This document shows positions 45,054 through 55,170 of a stretch of DNA of 64,000 nucleotides, one piece after another. The notes beneath the pieces are model-generated. The model saw nothing but the letters and a program-made list of their open reading frames with translations, made no database searches and was not told where the DNA came from. The DNA comes from Myxococcota bacterium (GTDB taxonomy: Bacteria; Myxococcota_A; UBA796; GCA-2862545), in assembly GCA_039208735.1 (NCBI GenBank), contig JBCCQY010000009.1, positions 34,557 through 98,556 of the forward strand, in the 5' to 3' direction. How positions within the stretch are numbered: position 1 is the stretch's first letter; the number at the start of each line of letters is the position of its first letter. Position numbers and translations under genes: made by a program.

Positions 45054-46418
45054 TCAGAAGCGCTCGACCGAGGTGCAGACGGCGCCCGGTTTTCCCGTTG
45101 CCGAAAGCCAGGTCGAAGGATGCTCCGTCAGCTCGGGTGCGTTGCGCAGTGCATCGAAACCGCCTTCCATGGAATGGACTTGCGCTTCGCCTTCCGTCCA
45201 TCCCGAGGTTGGGGTTGGATCTGAGGCGGGGTCCAGTTCCGGCAGCGCAACCGTCCGCGAGAACGCGCCCACGAGGGTCCATGTCGTGGCCTCTTGGGGA
45301 TTGCCGACGGTGATGGTCATGAGGTTGCCCCCACGGCCATCGCAGACCCAGTCTTTTGGCAAGGGAAGTTCGAAGACGGTCTTCGACAGATCGAAGGTCC
45401 AGCCCTCCGGAACGACGGGAAGGGCGTCGCGCTCCCGCTGCAACCCTGCCACTTGCCCGCCGCCGGGCACGCTCCGGACTGCATCGATGCGCTCGACACG
45501 GGCGGCTACCCCGGTCTCTTGCACGCCAATGCGGACCTGGATCTCGTCGTGGAACGCGGCATCGGCGGGCGAGCGAAGGCCCGAGATGCCTTGGTCCGAG
45601 AGGAGTTGGAACTTGGCCAAGCCTTGGGGGAACGGCCGTCCGCCTCGACGGGCCTCGACGCTAAGGTCGACCGAACTATCGGGTCCCTGGTGGAAGTACT
45701 GAACGTCGTACTCGCCGTAATCTTCGAGCCAAGGCCCCATCTGCACGGTGCCCGACAGATCGGGGGGCATCCCCTGCAGCGAGGATCCGGCCACAAACGC
45801 GATGGCCAGGGGTTCGAGGGTTGGGCTTAGGGCCCAGGCAAAGGCATCGACCGTGGTGCCGGTGTGACACGAGGACGAGAGTGGAATGGTCTGATTGAGT
45901 GGAAAGGGCGCATTTGCGAGGGCTATGCAGGCAGACTGCAGTTCCCAGATCGCGAAGTCGACGTCGGGACTGTCGGGGATCTGAAGCGTGTAGGACCCCA
46001 CGTCGACCGGCGCTTGGACTGCCGAGTTGGGGAAGGTGAGACGGTCCCCATCTCGCACGCCTCGGATTGTGGTGAGTCGGGGGCCCGAAAAAGCGTCCAC
46101 GACCTCGGTCACAAACCCCTCGATCGGTACGTCCTCGATCGTGAGTTCCGCATCGGTCGTCACCTCGGTGCGCACAAAGGTGCCGTCTGCGTCCGCGATC
46201 ATCAGCCGGACTTCGGGCAACAGACGGTCTTGGCCAAGCCGCACGGTGACCTGACCAAACTTCGGTTTGGGTGGAGGGGGCTTAGGCACGGTGCCCGTAT
46301 CGACGGGGCGCGTGTCGGCAGGGGGGGCGGGTGGTGGAGGATTGCCCTCGGTGGTTGGCACCTCATCCCCGCTACACGCAAGGGCTCCCCACCCCAATCC
46401 GACCCATCGACCCAACAT
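45054..46418 (-). CDS. Hypothetical lipoprotein
   Basis: GGAGG RBS, MLGRWVGLGWGALA-C, Pro-rich tether. Confidence 0.8.
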   Translation of the reverse strand: MLGRWVGLGWGALACSGDEVPTTEGNPPPPAPPADTRPVDTGTVPKPPPPKPKFGQVTVRLGQDRLLPEVRLMIADADGTFVRTEVTTDAELTIEDVPIEGFVTEVVDAFSGPRLTTIRGVRDGDRLTFPNSAVQAPVDVGSYTLQIPDSPDVDFAIWELQSACIALANAPFPLNQTIPLSSSCHTGTTVDAFAWALSPTLEPLAIAFVAGSSLQGMPPDLSGTVQMGPWLEDYGEYDVQYFHQGPDSSVDLSVEARRGGRPFPQGLAKFQLLSDQGISGLRSPADAAFHDEIQVRIGVQETGVAARVERIDAVRSVPGGGQVAGLQRERDALPVVPEGWTFDLSKTVFELPLPKDWVCDGRGGNLMTITVGNPQEATTWTLVGAFSRTVALPELDPASDPTPTSGWTEGEAQVHSMEGGFDALRNAPELTEHPSTWLSATGKPGAVCTSVERF

Positions 46419-46466
46419 CGGCACCTCCGCCATCCTTGCAAGGATGGCGGATCTGGCGCCAAAGTC

Positions 46467-46958
46467 CTAATCGACGACCAACGTCACATCGCCGGCATCG
46501 GTCAGCACGAGGTCGGGAGCGGTCTGGGCGGTGACCGTGACTTCGACGGTGACGTCGCGCCCGTCGAGTTCTTCGAGTTCCAAGCCGAAGTAGCGGAGGT
46601 GCACTTCCGCGCCTACCCAACGTCCGGCGTTGTCTCCTACGTTTGCGCACGTCAATCGCATGGGCAGTTGGGTTTCCGTGAGCAGGGCGCCGTCCTCGAA
46701 GACAGCGATGTCGACATCGATGCCATCGAAGAGTTCGCCCGGGCCGGTCACCCGCAATCGAAGCGGGGAATAGGGGGCGCCGCCTTGGGGCGGAATGCCC
46801 GCTGCGAACGCTCCGCCTCGCGCGAGGTCCCCGTACTCCCCATCGGGTGGAGCGACTTCGAGGCTCGTTTCGTCGGAGGCGCAGGGATGCGGCGAGACGG
46901 GAGGCTCCCCGTCACTACATGCGACCACCAAGCCGAAAACGGCACCCCCGACCCTCAC
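46467..46958 (-). CDS. Hypothetical lipoprotein
   Basis: FGLVVA-C lipobox and PQGG motif. GTGA overlap with the upstream gene. Confidence 0.8.
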   Translation of the reverse strand: MRVGGAVFGLVVACSDGEPPVSPHPCASDETSLEVAPPDGEYGDLARGGAFAAGIPPQGGAPYSPLRLRVTGPGELFDGIDVDIAVFEDGALLTETQLPMRLTCANVGDNAGRWVGAEVHLRYFGLELEELDGRDVTVEVTVTAQTAPDLVLTDAGDVTLVVD

Positions 46959-48625
46959 GAGCGAAGCCGCCGCAACAGCACGAGTCCTGCGAGGCCGGCC
47001 ACGCCAAACGAGGCGCTCAGGGGGCCCGTCGACGAACAGCCGCCACAGGCCGCCGCATTGAGGAGGTCATCAAAGCCAGCATTGTGAGCGTTCGCAGCAT
47101 CAAAGGCTCGCTTTGAACCGTTGTAGATGGGATTGGGCTGCCCTTCGGCCGAGGTCTCTTCCACGATGAGGGCGAAGTCGTCCATGAGACCGGACAAGTA
47201 CTCGTACTCGGTGGTGTTGTTCTCCCAGAACCACGACTGTGGAGGCAGGCGGTACGCCCGGCCGTCGGCGAGGACGAGCCGACGCTGGAGTTCCGACGTC
47301 TCCAGGCCATCCTCGCAGTAGTACTCCAGCTCGGCTTCGCGTTCGCGGGACACGTTCTGAGTCATGTCGCGGTTGAACACGAACGTGGGATCGACGGTCA
47401 TTTCCACCGGTGAGACGCTACTCGTGAGCCGCGTCAGGTGCTTCGTGTCGTCGAACATCGCTTGGGCTTCGGCGAGCGGCTGGACGATGCGCTCCTCGAT
47501 GGCCTGGGCGAATGCCGGCGCGTCGAACGGCATGCCGACGATGTACTCTTCGTAGCAACGGAGGCAGTTGTAGAAGTTGGTTTCGTCGAGGCCCTGGTCA
47601 ACCAGTTCCTGCGGCATGGGCACGAAGGTGCGGAACAGCTCGAGGAGCAAGCTGCTCCCTCGGAACCCTTGAGACTCCAGCTGGTCGAAGAACGAGGCGG
47701 GATCTGCGGCGTAGGCAAGCGTTCCCGTGTCGAACTGGTCCTCCCGGAACAGGGATTCGTCCATGATCGCTGCATCGCCCGAGAAGTCGGTGGCGAAGGC
47801 CTGGCCTCCGGCTTCGTCCGCGGCCGCCGTAATGGCGGCGGGGTAGTTGAATCCGAAGTTGAACCAATCGACCACGAGGTCGTTGACGACGACGTGCAGG
47901 TAACTCTCAGGCACGGCCCGGGAGTCGCCGAGCAGGTAGGCCTGCATGCGCATGTCGTCGTTCGCCGCGATGGCCGTGAGGCGAATCGGGACCGACATGG
48001 CCGTGCCGGGGTAGGTCATCGCAAGGGGCTGTAGCGAGCCCACGTCGTTGTTCTTGCCGAGCCGAAGGGCGACGAAGTACGAGTCCGACGCCACATAGGG
48101 CTTCAGCACCGAGTTGAGTTCGTCGGGCAGATCGAATTGGTTGGCCTGCAGCCAGTCGAGCAGAGCCGTAGCGGTCTGGGCCTGGAGTACGACAGTTTCA
48201 AAGGGGCCGACCGTCTTTTCCGCGATGACGGCCACGCCACTTTCGGCCGAGGAGCCGCTATCCGCGACGGGGGGCGTCGGGGAGAAGGCGTAGTCGTAGT
48301 AGTAGTTGTAGGGGTGGAGTTCGCAGTCCCCGACCGCGATCGCTTCGAGGTTGAAGGTCGGTGCGGTACGCCGTTTCAGTTCCTCGAACATCGTATCGGT
48401 CGACAGGCGCAGCTCCGGCACTGCTCCCACCGGCACGATCCAAGCGAATTCCTCGGCCGACCCCTGATACGCGATCTGGACGTGCATGGTCGTCGTGTTG
48501 GTCTGCTTGTCGACCTTGAACACGATGTCTTCGCTGGCCTGGTTCACCGGATCCCGATTGCAGAAGAATCCACCGCACGCGAGCGCGTCACTTGGCATCA
48601 GAAGGGTCGAAAGGACTGCGATCAT
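46955..48625 (-). CDS. DUF2330 domain protein with MYXO-CTERM
   Basis: ACGGFFC, QIAYQG, EFAWIVPV, FVALRL, IPIRL-like VPIRLTA; C-terminus CGGCSS, then TM, then RRLRS. Confidence 0.92.
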   Translation of the reverse strand: MIAVLSTLLMPSDALACGGFFCNRDPVNQASEDIVFKVDKQTNTTTMHVQIAYQGSAEEFAWIVPVGAVPELRLSTDTMFEELKRRTAPTFNLEAIAVGDCELHPYNYYYDYAFSPTPPVADSGSSAESGVAVIAEKTVGPFETVVLQAQTATALLDWLQANQFDLPDELNSVLKPYVASDSYFVALRLGKNNDVGSLQPLAMTYPGTAMSVPIRLTAIAANDDMRMQAYLLGDSRAVPESYLHVVVNDLVVDWFNFGFNYPAAITAAADEAGGQAFATDFSGDAAIMDESLFREDQFDTGTLAYAADPASFFDQLESQGFRGSSLLLELFRTFVPMPQELVDQGLDETNFYNCLRCYEEYIVGMPFDAPAFAQAIEERIVQPLAEAQAMFDDTKHLTRLTSSVSPVEMTVDPTFVFNRDMTQNVSREREAELEYYCEDGLETSELQRRLVLADGRAYRLPPQSWFWENNTTEYEYLSGLMDDFALIVEETSAEGQPNPIYNGSKRAFDAANAHNAGFDDLLNAAACGGCSSTGPLSASFGVAGLAGLVLLRRLRS

Positions 48626-48694
48626 GAGCACCTCCCTGGGTCGTGCGTGGATCGGTTGATCCACATCGTACGGGCGAGCCGCAGGCACCTGCTG

Positions 48695-48710
48695 TGCAAT
48701 CTGCGATCCA
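48695..48710 (-). promoter_or_regulatory. Putative sigma-54 promoter for the DUF2330 operon
   Basis: Minus strand TGGATCG-CAGA-TTGCA has GG-N10-GC spacing, 70 bp upstream of ATG 48625. Confidence 0.45.
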
Positions 48711-48774
48711 TCCGTGTGACGACGGGGAGATGGGGATCGTGGTTTTGGGGGACGGTTCGATCGCGACAGCGGTG

Positions 48775-49992
48775 TCAAATCACCATTTGTTCGCGAGCCT
48801 CGAAGCTCCGATCGAACGCGAAGGCGTCGAGCGAGACGACCACGCCGTCCTCGAGTTCCACGGTGGAGAGGTTGTGCCCCGCGTCGACGAGGGCGTGGGC
48901 GACACGGGCGGTGAACGGTCCCATCATCGCGCCGTGGCCCGAGAACCCCACCAGACGGATCAGGTTGCCCACCGCGGGATCGTAGCCAAGGAAGGGGTTG
49001 TGGTCGGGCGTCTCGGCGTAGTAGCCGCTCGTCGTCGCCACGAGACCGTCGAACTCGCCGACGGCCGGGAACATTTCGGCGAGTCCGGCCCACAGCTCGA
49101 ACGGCCGTGCGTCGATTCCCCCATTGTGGGAGAACGCGGGCTCAATGAAGTCTTGATCGGCGTAGTCGAAGGTGTTTTCGGCTTCGGCGTCGTGTTTGTG
49201 GCCAAACATCAGTGTGTCGGCGTTCTCGGGGCGAAAGTACGTCCCCGAGGGGGTGATGGTCAGCGGCATGTGAGCGAGCGTGGCGGCGTCAAAGCCCGCG
49301 TCGCGTTTGACGAACCAAAGGTACCGTTTGCGGGCGAACACGGGCAATTCGGTGCCTTGCAAGATCCGACCGAGCCTGGGGGTCCAGGCATTGGAGCAAT
49401 CGATCACCAGATCGCAGTCGAAGGTGCCTTTGGGGGTGAGGAGCTGAGTCAGGTGCCGACCGTTGAACCTGGCTTCGGTGACCGGAGCGTTTTGAAGGAG
49501 CCGCCCGCCTGCTTCGGTGAGATGACGGGCCGCCTCTTGGTAGATGATCTGCGGGAGCAAGAAGCCATCGCTCGGGCAGTGGGTGGCGCCGGCCAGGGTG
49601 TCGGCGGCGAGCCAGGGAAACCGATCCGCAATCGCGGTTCGAGACAACACCTCAACCTCGGTAAGGCCTGCTTCCTGTTGCATCGCCGCCCGGGCCCGAG
49701 CGCCGTCGAGGGCCGCGTCGTCGCCGTGGAGGAAGAGGTAGCCATTTTGCACGATCGGCGAGACCCCATCGGCCGTCTGTTGTGCAAAAGCTTTGTAGAA
49801 CGCCACGCTATACCGCATGCCCTGCACCGTACCTGGGGTGGAGAACTGCTGGCGGATGCCTGCGGCGGTTCGACTGCTCGAGCCGGCCCCCACATGCCGC
49901 GCTTCGAGGACGGTGACGTCGTGGCCCGCCTGAGCCAGTTCTCGCCCGACCAGCGTCCCCGAAATGCCTGCCCCGATCACAACCACGCGCAT
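48775..49992 (-). CDS. FAD-dependent oxidoreductase (DAO/sarcosine oxidase beta family)
   Basis: VIGAGISG, GSSSRTAAGIR, ETPDHNPFLG, GFSGHG. Confidence 0.92.
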   Translation of the reverse strand: MRVVVIGAGISGTLVGRELAQAGHDVTVLEARHVGAGSSSRTAAGIRQQFSTPGTVQGMRYSVAFYKAFAQQTADGVSPIVQNGYLFLHGDDAALDGARARAAMQQEAGLTEVEVLSRTAIADRFPWLAADTLAGATHCPSDGFLLPQIIYQEAARHLTEAGGRLLQNAPVTEARFNGRHLTQLLTPKGTFDCDLVIDCSNAWTPRLGRILQGTELPVFARKRYLWFVKRDAGFDAATLAHMPLTITPSGTYFRPENADTLMFGHKHDAEAENTFDYADQDFIEPAFSHNGGIDARPFELWAGLAEMFPAVGEFDGLVATTSGYYAETPDHNPFLGYDPAVGNLIRLVGFSGHGAMMGPFTARVAHALVDAGHNLSTVELEDGVVVSLDAFAFDRSFEAREQMVI

Positions 49993-50067
49993 TGAGTGTC
50001 GCTCCCTCTCGCCGTCGGCCGGCGGTCGTATTGATTATCCTGGCTCCCAAGCCAACCAGGAGCATCC

Positions 50068-52293
50068 ATGTCCACCCAGCCCGAAGTGACCGAGCGCCGT
50101 ACGACCTCGACCGGGCCCGTCGTGCCCCTGCCGACGGCCGACGAGCTTCGCCACGCCTATCGCGTGGGCCTTCGTTCACGATTGGCCGAGGAGCACATCG
50201 TGCGCCTTGTCACACGCGGTGAGGTGAAGTTCGCCATCTGGGGCCCCGGTGAGGAAGTGCACGGTACCGCCTGTGCCCTCGCGTTGTCCAAGGTGGTGGA
50301 TCCCCAGCACTTCGGATTCGTCGGTCACTACCGTTCGGGGGCGCTTTCCTCGTTGTGGTGTGAGCTGAACGGGGTCACCGACTTCACCCTTCGCATGATG
50401 CGACAGCAATTTTCGAGGTCCACCGACGGGATGAGTGGAGGCCGACAAATGGTCTACCACCTCAACATTCCCGAGGCGGGCGTGTTGCCGGTGCAGTCGC
50501 CCGTCGGCATGCAGCTTGGCAAGGCCGCCGGCTACGCCCTCGGCTACCAACGGAAGGGCATCCACGATGCCGTAACCATGGGCATCGTCGGCGATGGCAC
50601 CACGGCCGAAGGCGACATGCACGACGCCATGAACGCGATCAGCGTGTGGAAGCTGCCCACGATCGTGATGGTGACCGACAACCGCGTCGCGATCAGTACG
50701 TTGCCCGAAGAAGGCCGAGGCATCGTGGACTTTGAGGCCTACGCAAAGGGCTTCGGGCTGCACTACGAAAGCTGCGATGGGCGCGATTTCCTGGATTGTT
50801 ACCAGACGATGGCGCGTGCGGCTCAGTACTGCCGCGACGAGCAGCGGGGCTGCGTGCTGTACGTGCACAGCCTGCCGCGGTTCAACGGCCATTCCTCGGC
50901 CGCTGACGTCACCTTCGACCTGACCCAGGACGATCCGTTGATCGCGTTTGGGGAGCAGCTGGTTGCGGATGGCCACCTGTCGAAGAACGACGTGATGCGG
51001 CGGCAAGTCGGAAAGGGCCGCGACTTCTTTGCTCACCATGAGTTGGGCAAGGTGGGTGAGGCGATCAACGCGGAAGTGCGGGGTCTCATCGACCAGGTTC
51101 GGGAAGAGCCGCATCCCGATCCGGCCGAGGTGGAAGAGCACATCTACGCTCCCTTCCCCACAGATCCCGAGACCGCGCCGGGCGAAGGCACCACCAACAT
51201 CAGCTACGCCGGGGCGATTCGTGCGGCGCTAGGCAAGCTCGTGTCCCGCCGCAATGGCTACATCATGGGCCAGGACGTCGGGCGTCTGGGTGGCGTCATG
51301 ACGGCCACGGCAGGCATTCAGAAGGCCTACCCCGGGAGCATCGTCGACTCGCCGCTCAACGAGCCGCTCATCGTTGGCACGTCGACCGGTTTGGCCCTGC
51401 ACCCTGACCTCATGGCTCTGCCCGAGGTGCAGTTTGGAGACTACAGCCTGAATGCCTTTCACTGGCTTGTCTACCTGGGCACGGTGCGGTGGACGAACGT
51501 GGGACGATCGAGCACCAAGCTCGTATTGCGCATGCCCGTGGACCCGTTTGGCGGGGGGGCGGTGTACCACTCCATGAGCGTCGATGGCTACTTCACGCCG
51601 ATTCCAGGACTCGTGGTCATCATGCCGTCCACGAGCTTCGATGTGCACGGACTGCTGCTCACGGCCGGAGACTACGATGGGCCTGTCGTCTGTCTCGAAC
51701 CGAAGTGGATGTACCGGCAGACCTTGGGGCCCGCGTTCCCCAACGAACCCACCGACGCAGATGCTATCGCGACCCTTAAGAAGTCGATCATGCGCGGTGA
51801 CGTGCCGGACGTGCCCGACGTTCGCGTTCCGTTCGGCAAGGGGATTGTGCGGCGAGCTGGCAACGATCTCACCATCGTGTCGTGGGGTCGGGCGGTGTGG
51901 ACGTCACTCGAGGCGGCCGAAGCGCTCGCTAAGCAGGGGATCTCGGCCGAGGTGATCGACCTGCGAACCCTCGTTCCTCCCGATCTCGACCTGTGCATTT
52001 CATCGACCCGACGGACCGGCCGGATCATCGTGGCGGCAGAAGATCGTGAGTTCGCGGGCTTTTCGAGGGCCATCCAGGGCCATGTGGTGCAGGCGCTGCC
52101 CGGCACGCCGTCGATGGCGTTGGGTCAGAAGAACGTCCCCGGCATTGGACAGTCCCTCATCCTCGAAGACGCCACGATCCTCACGAGTCGGCAGATCGTT
52201 GAGGCGGCAGGTTCGCTGCTGGACGTTCGTGTTGCGGTCGCTGGCCAACCTGCGGGTTGGTCGTTCGTGGCCCCTCGCTACTTCTTGGGCTGA
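50068..52293 (+). CDS. 2-oxoacid dehydrogenase E1, fused alpha and beta subunits
   Basis: TPP motif GDG...N, GHSS loop, beta motifs GQDVG, PLNE, EVQFGDY, HS, EPK, VIDLRTL. Confidence 0.92.
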   Translation: MSTQPEVTERRTTSTGPVVPLPTADELRHAYRVGLRSRLAEEHIVRLVTRGEVKFAIWGPGEEVHGTACALALSKVVDPQHFGFVGHYRSGALSSLWCELNGVTDFTLRMMRQQFSRSTDGMSGGRQMVYHLNIPEAGVLPVQSPVGMQLGKAAGYALGYQRKGIHDAVTMGIVGDGTTAEGDMHDAMNAISVWKLPTIVMVTDNRVAISTLPEEGRGIVDFEAYAKGFGLHYESCDGRDFLDCYQTMARAAQYCRDEQRGCVLYVHSLPRFNGHSSAADVTFDLTQDDPLIAFGEQLVADGHLSKNDVMRRQVGKGRDFFAHHELGKVGEAINAEVRGLIDQVREEPHPDPAEVEEHIYAPFPTDPETAPGEGTTNISYAGAIRAALGKLVSRRNGYIMGQDVGRLGGVMTATAGIQKAYPGSIVDSPLNEPLIVGTSTGLALHPDLMALPEVQFGDYSLNAFHWLVYLGTVRWTNVGRSSTKLVLRMPVDPFGGGAVYHSMSVDGYFTPIPGLVVIMPSTSFDVHGLLLTAGDYDGPVVCLEPKWMYRQTLGPAFPNEPTDADAIATLKKSIMRGDVPDVPDVRVPFGKGIVRRAGNDLTIVSWGRAVWTSLEAAEALAKQGISAEVIDLRTLVPPDLDLCISSTRRTGRIIVAAEDREFAGFSRAIQGHVVQALPGTPSMALGQKNVPGIGQSLILEDATILTSRQIVEAAGSLLDVRVAVAGQPAGWSFVAPRYFLG

Positions 52294-53120
52294 CAGTCGG
52301 TGACGTCGTAGCTCGCGGGCATCGTGTAGCCTGCGGCGTCCCACCCCCCGGGGGCCTTCCAGGCGCCTTCATCGGGCTCGAAGCACGCGTAGGGAACGTC
52401 GCGGTGGGGCAGCTTCTCTTCGGTGGGGAAGCTGTAATGCCACCACTCTCGCCAGTAGTTCTTGAAGCCCTCGGCATGCATGGTCTCGCGAAGGAGCATG
52501 CGGTTTTTGTAGGCCTCGCCCTTGGCGTTGCGGGTGTGACTCGCCTCGGAAAGCGTGTCCCATGGGGTGCCCATGTCGATCTCGGTCCCGGTTTCGGCAT
52601 CGACGATCGACAGATCGATGGTGTTGCCCTTGTTATGGCCCGAACGACGTGCGATGTAGCCCCCGTCGAGCAGGTGCACTTGGTCCGTGCGCTTGGCCCA
52701 GGCCACCATGCCCAACGTGCCGCGCAGCGGTCGGTAGGCGTCGTAGATGAGCAGGGACTTGCCCTGGGCTTCCAGCTTCGCTTGCACCCGTTTCAAGGCT
52801 TCGGTGGGCTCCTGACGTAGCCAGGCGCCGGGCACGCCGTAGCCGGGCAACGGGGCTTCCGTGAAGTTGTCGGGCGTGTGGTAGCGGACGTCAAACCGTG
52901 CGTTGGGCAAGGCGACTCGTAGGTCGACCCACCCCTTGGGGGGCGGCCGCTGGTGCGTGGCGAGGTCGGGGGTCGGAGGCGCCGGGGCTGGTGGGGGCTC
53001 GGCCACCGGAGGAGGTGCCTCTGCGGCCGGAGGCGTGCCCGGCACCATCGTGGGTGGATCGGGCTCTTTGGCCCCACCGAAGCTTCCGCACCCGCACCAC
53101 AACCAAATCATGCACCACAT
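52278..53120 (-). CDS. D-Ala-D-Ala dipeptidase (VanX/DdpX, peptidase M15D), probable lipoprotein
   Basis: YDAYRP, SGHNKGNTIDL, DMGT, EWWHY; Pro-rich N-terminal tether. Confidence 0.93.
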   Translation of the reverse strand: MWCMIWLWCGCGSFGGAKEPDPPTMVPGTPPAAEAPPPVAEPPPAPAPPTPDLATHQRPPPKGWVDLRVALPNARFDVRYHTPDNFTEAPLPGYGVPGAWLRQEPTEALKRVQAKLEAQGKSLLIYDAYRPLRGTLGMVAWAKRTDQVHLLDGGYIARRSGHNKGNTIDLSIVDAETGTEIDMGTPWDTLSEASHTRNAKGEAYKNRMLLRETMHAEGFKNYWREWWHYSFPTEEKLPHRDVPYACFEPDEGAWKAPGGWDAAGYTMPASYDVTDCQPKK

Positions 53121-53184
53121 GCGGCTGACATACCGCGCGCTGGCCGACCTGTGCGCTATGCTTCCGAGGATTTCGGAGTCGACC

Positions 53185-53547
53185 ATGCTCTTTAGGGATC
53201 TCGGGACCGCCGTGGGCCGTTCTGTCTCGGCCTCTCGACCTGACGCCCGCTCGGTGTCGGGCTTCGTGGGGGAAGAGGTGTTGGCCTCCGGTACGGGCTG
53301 GACGGCCGGCTGGTTTAGCGCCTGGTTCGTGGGTCAGTTCTTCGTAGAGCGAAGCTGGAAGAACCTGTGGGGACTCACCGCAACGAAGCGCACCGCCTTA
53401 GCGTCCGATGACTATTCGCTGTTGTCCGACGTTGTTGGCTACCTCGTGGGGCTCGTGGTCCTGCTCGTGGTCCGGCAGCTGATCATCGGCACGCTTCATC
53501 ACCTGCGCGACGTTCAGAGTGAACGGGCCGACCAAGGAGCGCCATGA
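53185..53547 (+). CDS. Hypothetical membrane protein
   Basis: GGAG RBS and two hydrophobic segments. Stop overlaps the ATG of the next gene. Confidence 0.7.
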   Translation: MLFRDLGTAVGRSVSASRPDARSVSGFVGEEVLASGTGWTAGWFSAWFVGQFFVERSWKNLWGLTATKRTALASDDYSLLSDVVGYLVGLVVLLVVRQLIIGTLHHLRDVQSERADQGAP

Positions 53548-55103
53548 ACCTCCCGCCTGAAGCCGTCGGTGTGGGCTCGCCTGAAGAGCTTGCACGCTTT
53601 GCTGCGCTCCAAGCTCGCATTCCCGACATGTATCGGCGACTGGCCCGCGATCGACGGGGTCACCAGACGGTGGTCATCGTCCCCAGCTTATCGATGGATC
53701 CTCGAGAGTTAGCCAAAATCCATGGCTTCTACCATTACGAAGAGCGCATGCTCGTCAACCTCATGTTGTTGGCGCAACCGAGGACCAAGCTCGTCTATGT
53801 GACGAGCCACCGCCTTGATCCGCTCGTGGTCGACTACTACTTGTCGATGTTGCAGGGCATTCCCTACGCGCACGCACGGGCGCGTCTTGTGATGTTGGAC
53901 TGCAACGACCGGTCCACGCGGCCGCTATCGCGGAAGATCGTCGAGCGTCCTCGTTTGGTGAAGCGGATCTGCAACGAGATTGCGGACGGGGACCGGGCGC
54001 ACCTGATGTGCTTCAACTCTACGCCCTGGGAGCGTAGCCTTGCGGTCCGGCTTGGCATTCCCCTGCATTCGGTGGATCCGTTGCTCTCGGATCTCGGTAC
54101 GAAAAGCGGGTGTCGCGAGGTGTTTCGCGAAGCGGGCATCGACTTCCCGTTTGGATTTGAGCGGCTCTCGAGCCTCGACGAGGTCATCGATGGCCTCATG
54201 GAGGTCAAACAGCGGGACCGGACCATTCGCAAGGCCGTGGTGAAGCTCAACGACGGATTCTCGGGCGAAGGCAACGCGATCTTCCGCTACGACCCTGACG
54301 ATGAAACGCGGACCGGCCAGGATCTTCGTCGTTCCATCGGCTCGCGCCTCCATGAGGTGCTTGAGTTCGCGACGCCCGACGAAACGAGCGAGCGCTTTCT
54401 GGGGAAGTTTGCCGAGATGCAGGGGGTCGTTGAGACTTTTGTCTCCGGTGAGGTGAAGACCAGCCCCTCGGCCCAGTGTCGGGTCAACGCGATGGGGGAG
54501 CCACAGGTCATCAGTACGCACGACCAGGTGCTGGGCGGCCCCTCGGGCCAGGTGTTCATGGGGTGTACGTTTCCTGCCGTCGACGACTATCGTCTCGACA
54601 TTCAGCGGTCCGGGCGTCAGGTGGCGGATGTCTTGGCGACCAAAGGCGTCATTGGGCGATTTGGCATCGACTACGTGAGCGTCAAGGTGCCCGATGGCTG
54701 GCGACACTACGCCATCGAGGTCAACCTGCGCAAGGGCGGAACCACGCATCCATTCCTCACCCTCAAATTCCTGACAAACGGTGCCTACAACCACGACGAT
54801 GGCTTGTTCTACGCTCCGTCCGGCAAGCCGAAGTACTACTACGCGACCGATACGCTACAGTCCGAACGCTACAAAGGCCTGTCTCCCTCGGATCTCATTG
54901 ACATCGCCGTCTACCACGACATGCACTTTCACGGGCCGAGTGAACGAGGGGTGGTTTTTCACCTCATTGGAGCCCTGTCGGAGTACGGCAAGATGGGGAT
55001 CGTGGCGATTGGTGACAATCCCCAGCAGGCGAATTTTCTCTACCGTCAGGCGTTGCAGGTCCTGGCCGAAGAGACAGGCGAACGAAAACCCCGCCCGGCG
55101 TGA
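53544..55103 (+). CDS. PGM1-related ATP-grasp peptide ligase
   Basis: HYEER, GTKSGCR, VVKLNDGFSGEGNA, SPSAQ, STHDQVLGG, AIEVNLRKGGTTHP. Confidence 0.9.
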   Translation: MNLPPEAVGVGSPEELARFAALQARIPDMYRRLARDRRGHQTVVIVPSLSMDPRELAKIHGFYHYEERMLVNLMLLAQPRTKLVYVTSHRLDPLVVDYYLSMLQGIPYAHARARLVMLDCNDRSTRPLSRKIVERPRLVKRICNEIADGDRAHLMCFNSTPWERSLAVRLGIPLHSVDPLLSDLGTKSGCREVFREAGIDFPFGFERLSSLDEVIDGLMEVKQRDRTIRKAVVKLNDGFSGEGNAIFRYDPDDETRTGQDLRRSIGSRLHEVLEFATPDETSERFLGKFAEMQGVVETFVSGEVKTSPSAQCRVNAMGEPQVISTHDQVLGGPSGQVFMGCTFPAVDDYRLDIQRSGRQVADVLATKGVIGRFGIDYVSVKVPDGWRHYAIEVNLRKGGTTHPFLTLKFLTNGAYNHDDGLFYAPSGKPKYYYATDTLQSERYKGLSPSDLIDIAVYHDMHFHGPSERGVVFHLIGALSEYGKMGIVAIGDNPQQANFLYRQALQVLAEETGERKPRPA

Positions 55104-55170
55104 CCGCAGCTAAATTCAACACCGGGCGTGGGGTGTTGGTCGTTACCGAACCCCATGAGGAGGTGTCGCG

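Noticed and set aside
42932..49995. Long alternative ORFs (42932..44818 minus, 48643..49995 plus and similar)
   Set aside because: High-GC shadow frames opposite genes with clear motifs.
52278..55103. vanHAX glycopeptide-resistance cluster
   Set aside because: The ligase is PGM1-type rather than Ddl/VanA-type, and there is no VanH or VanRS.
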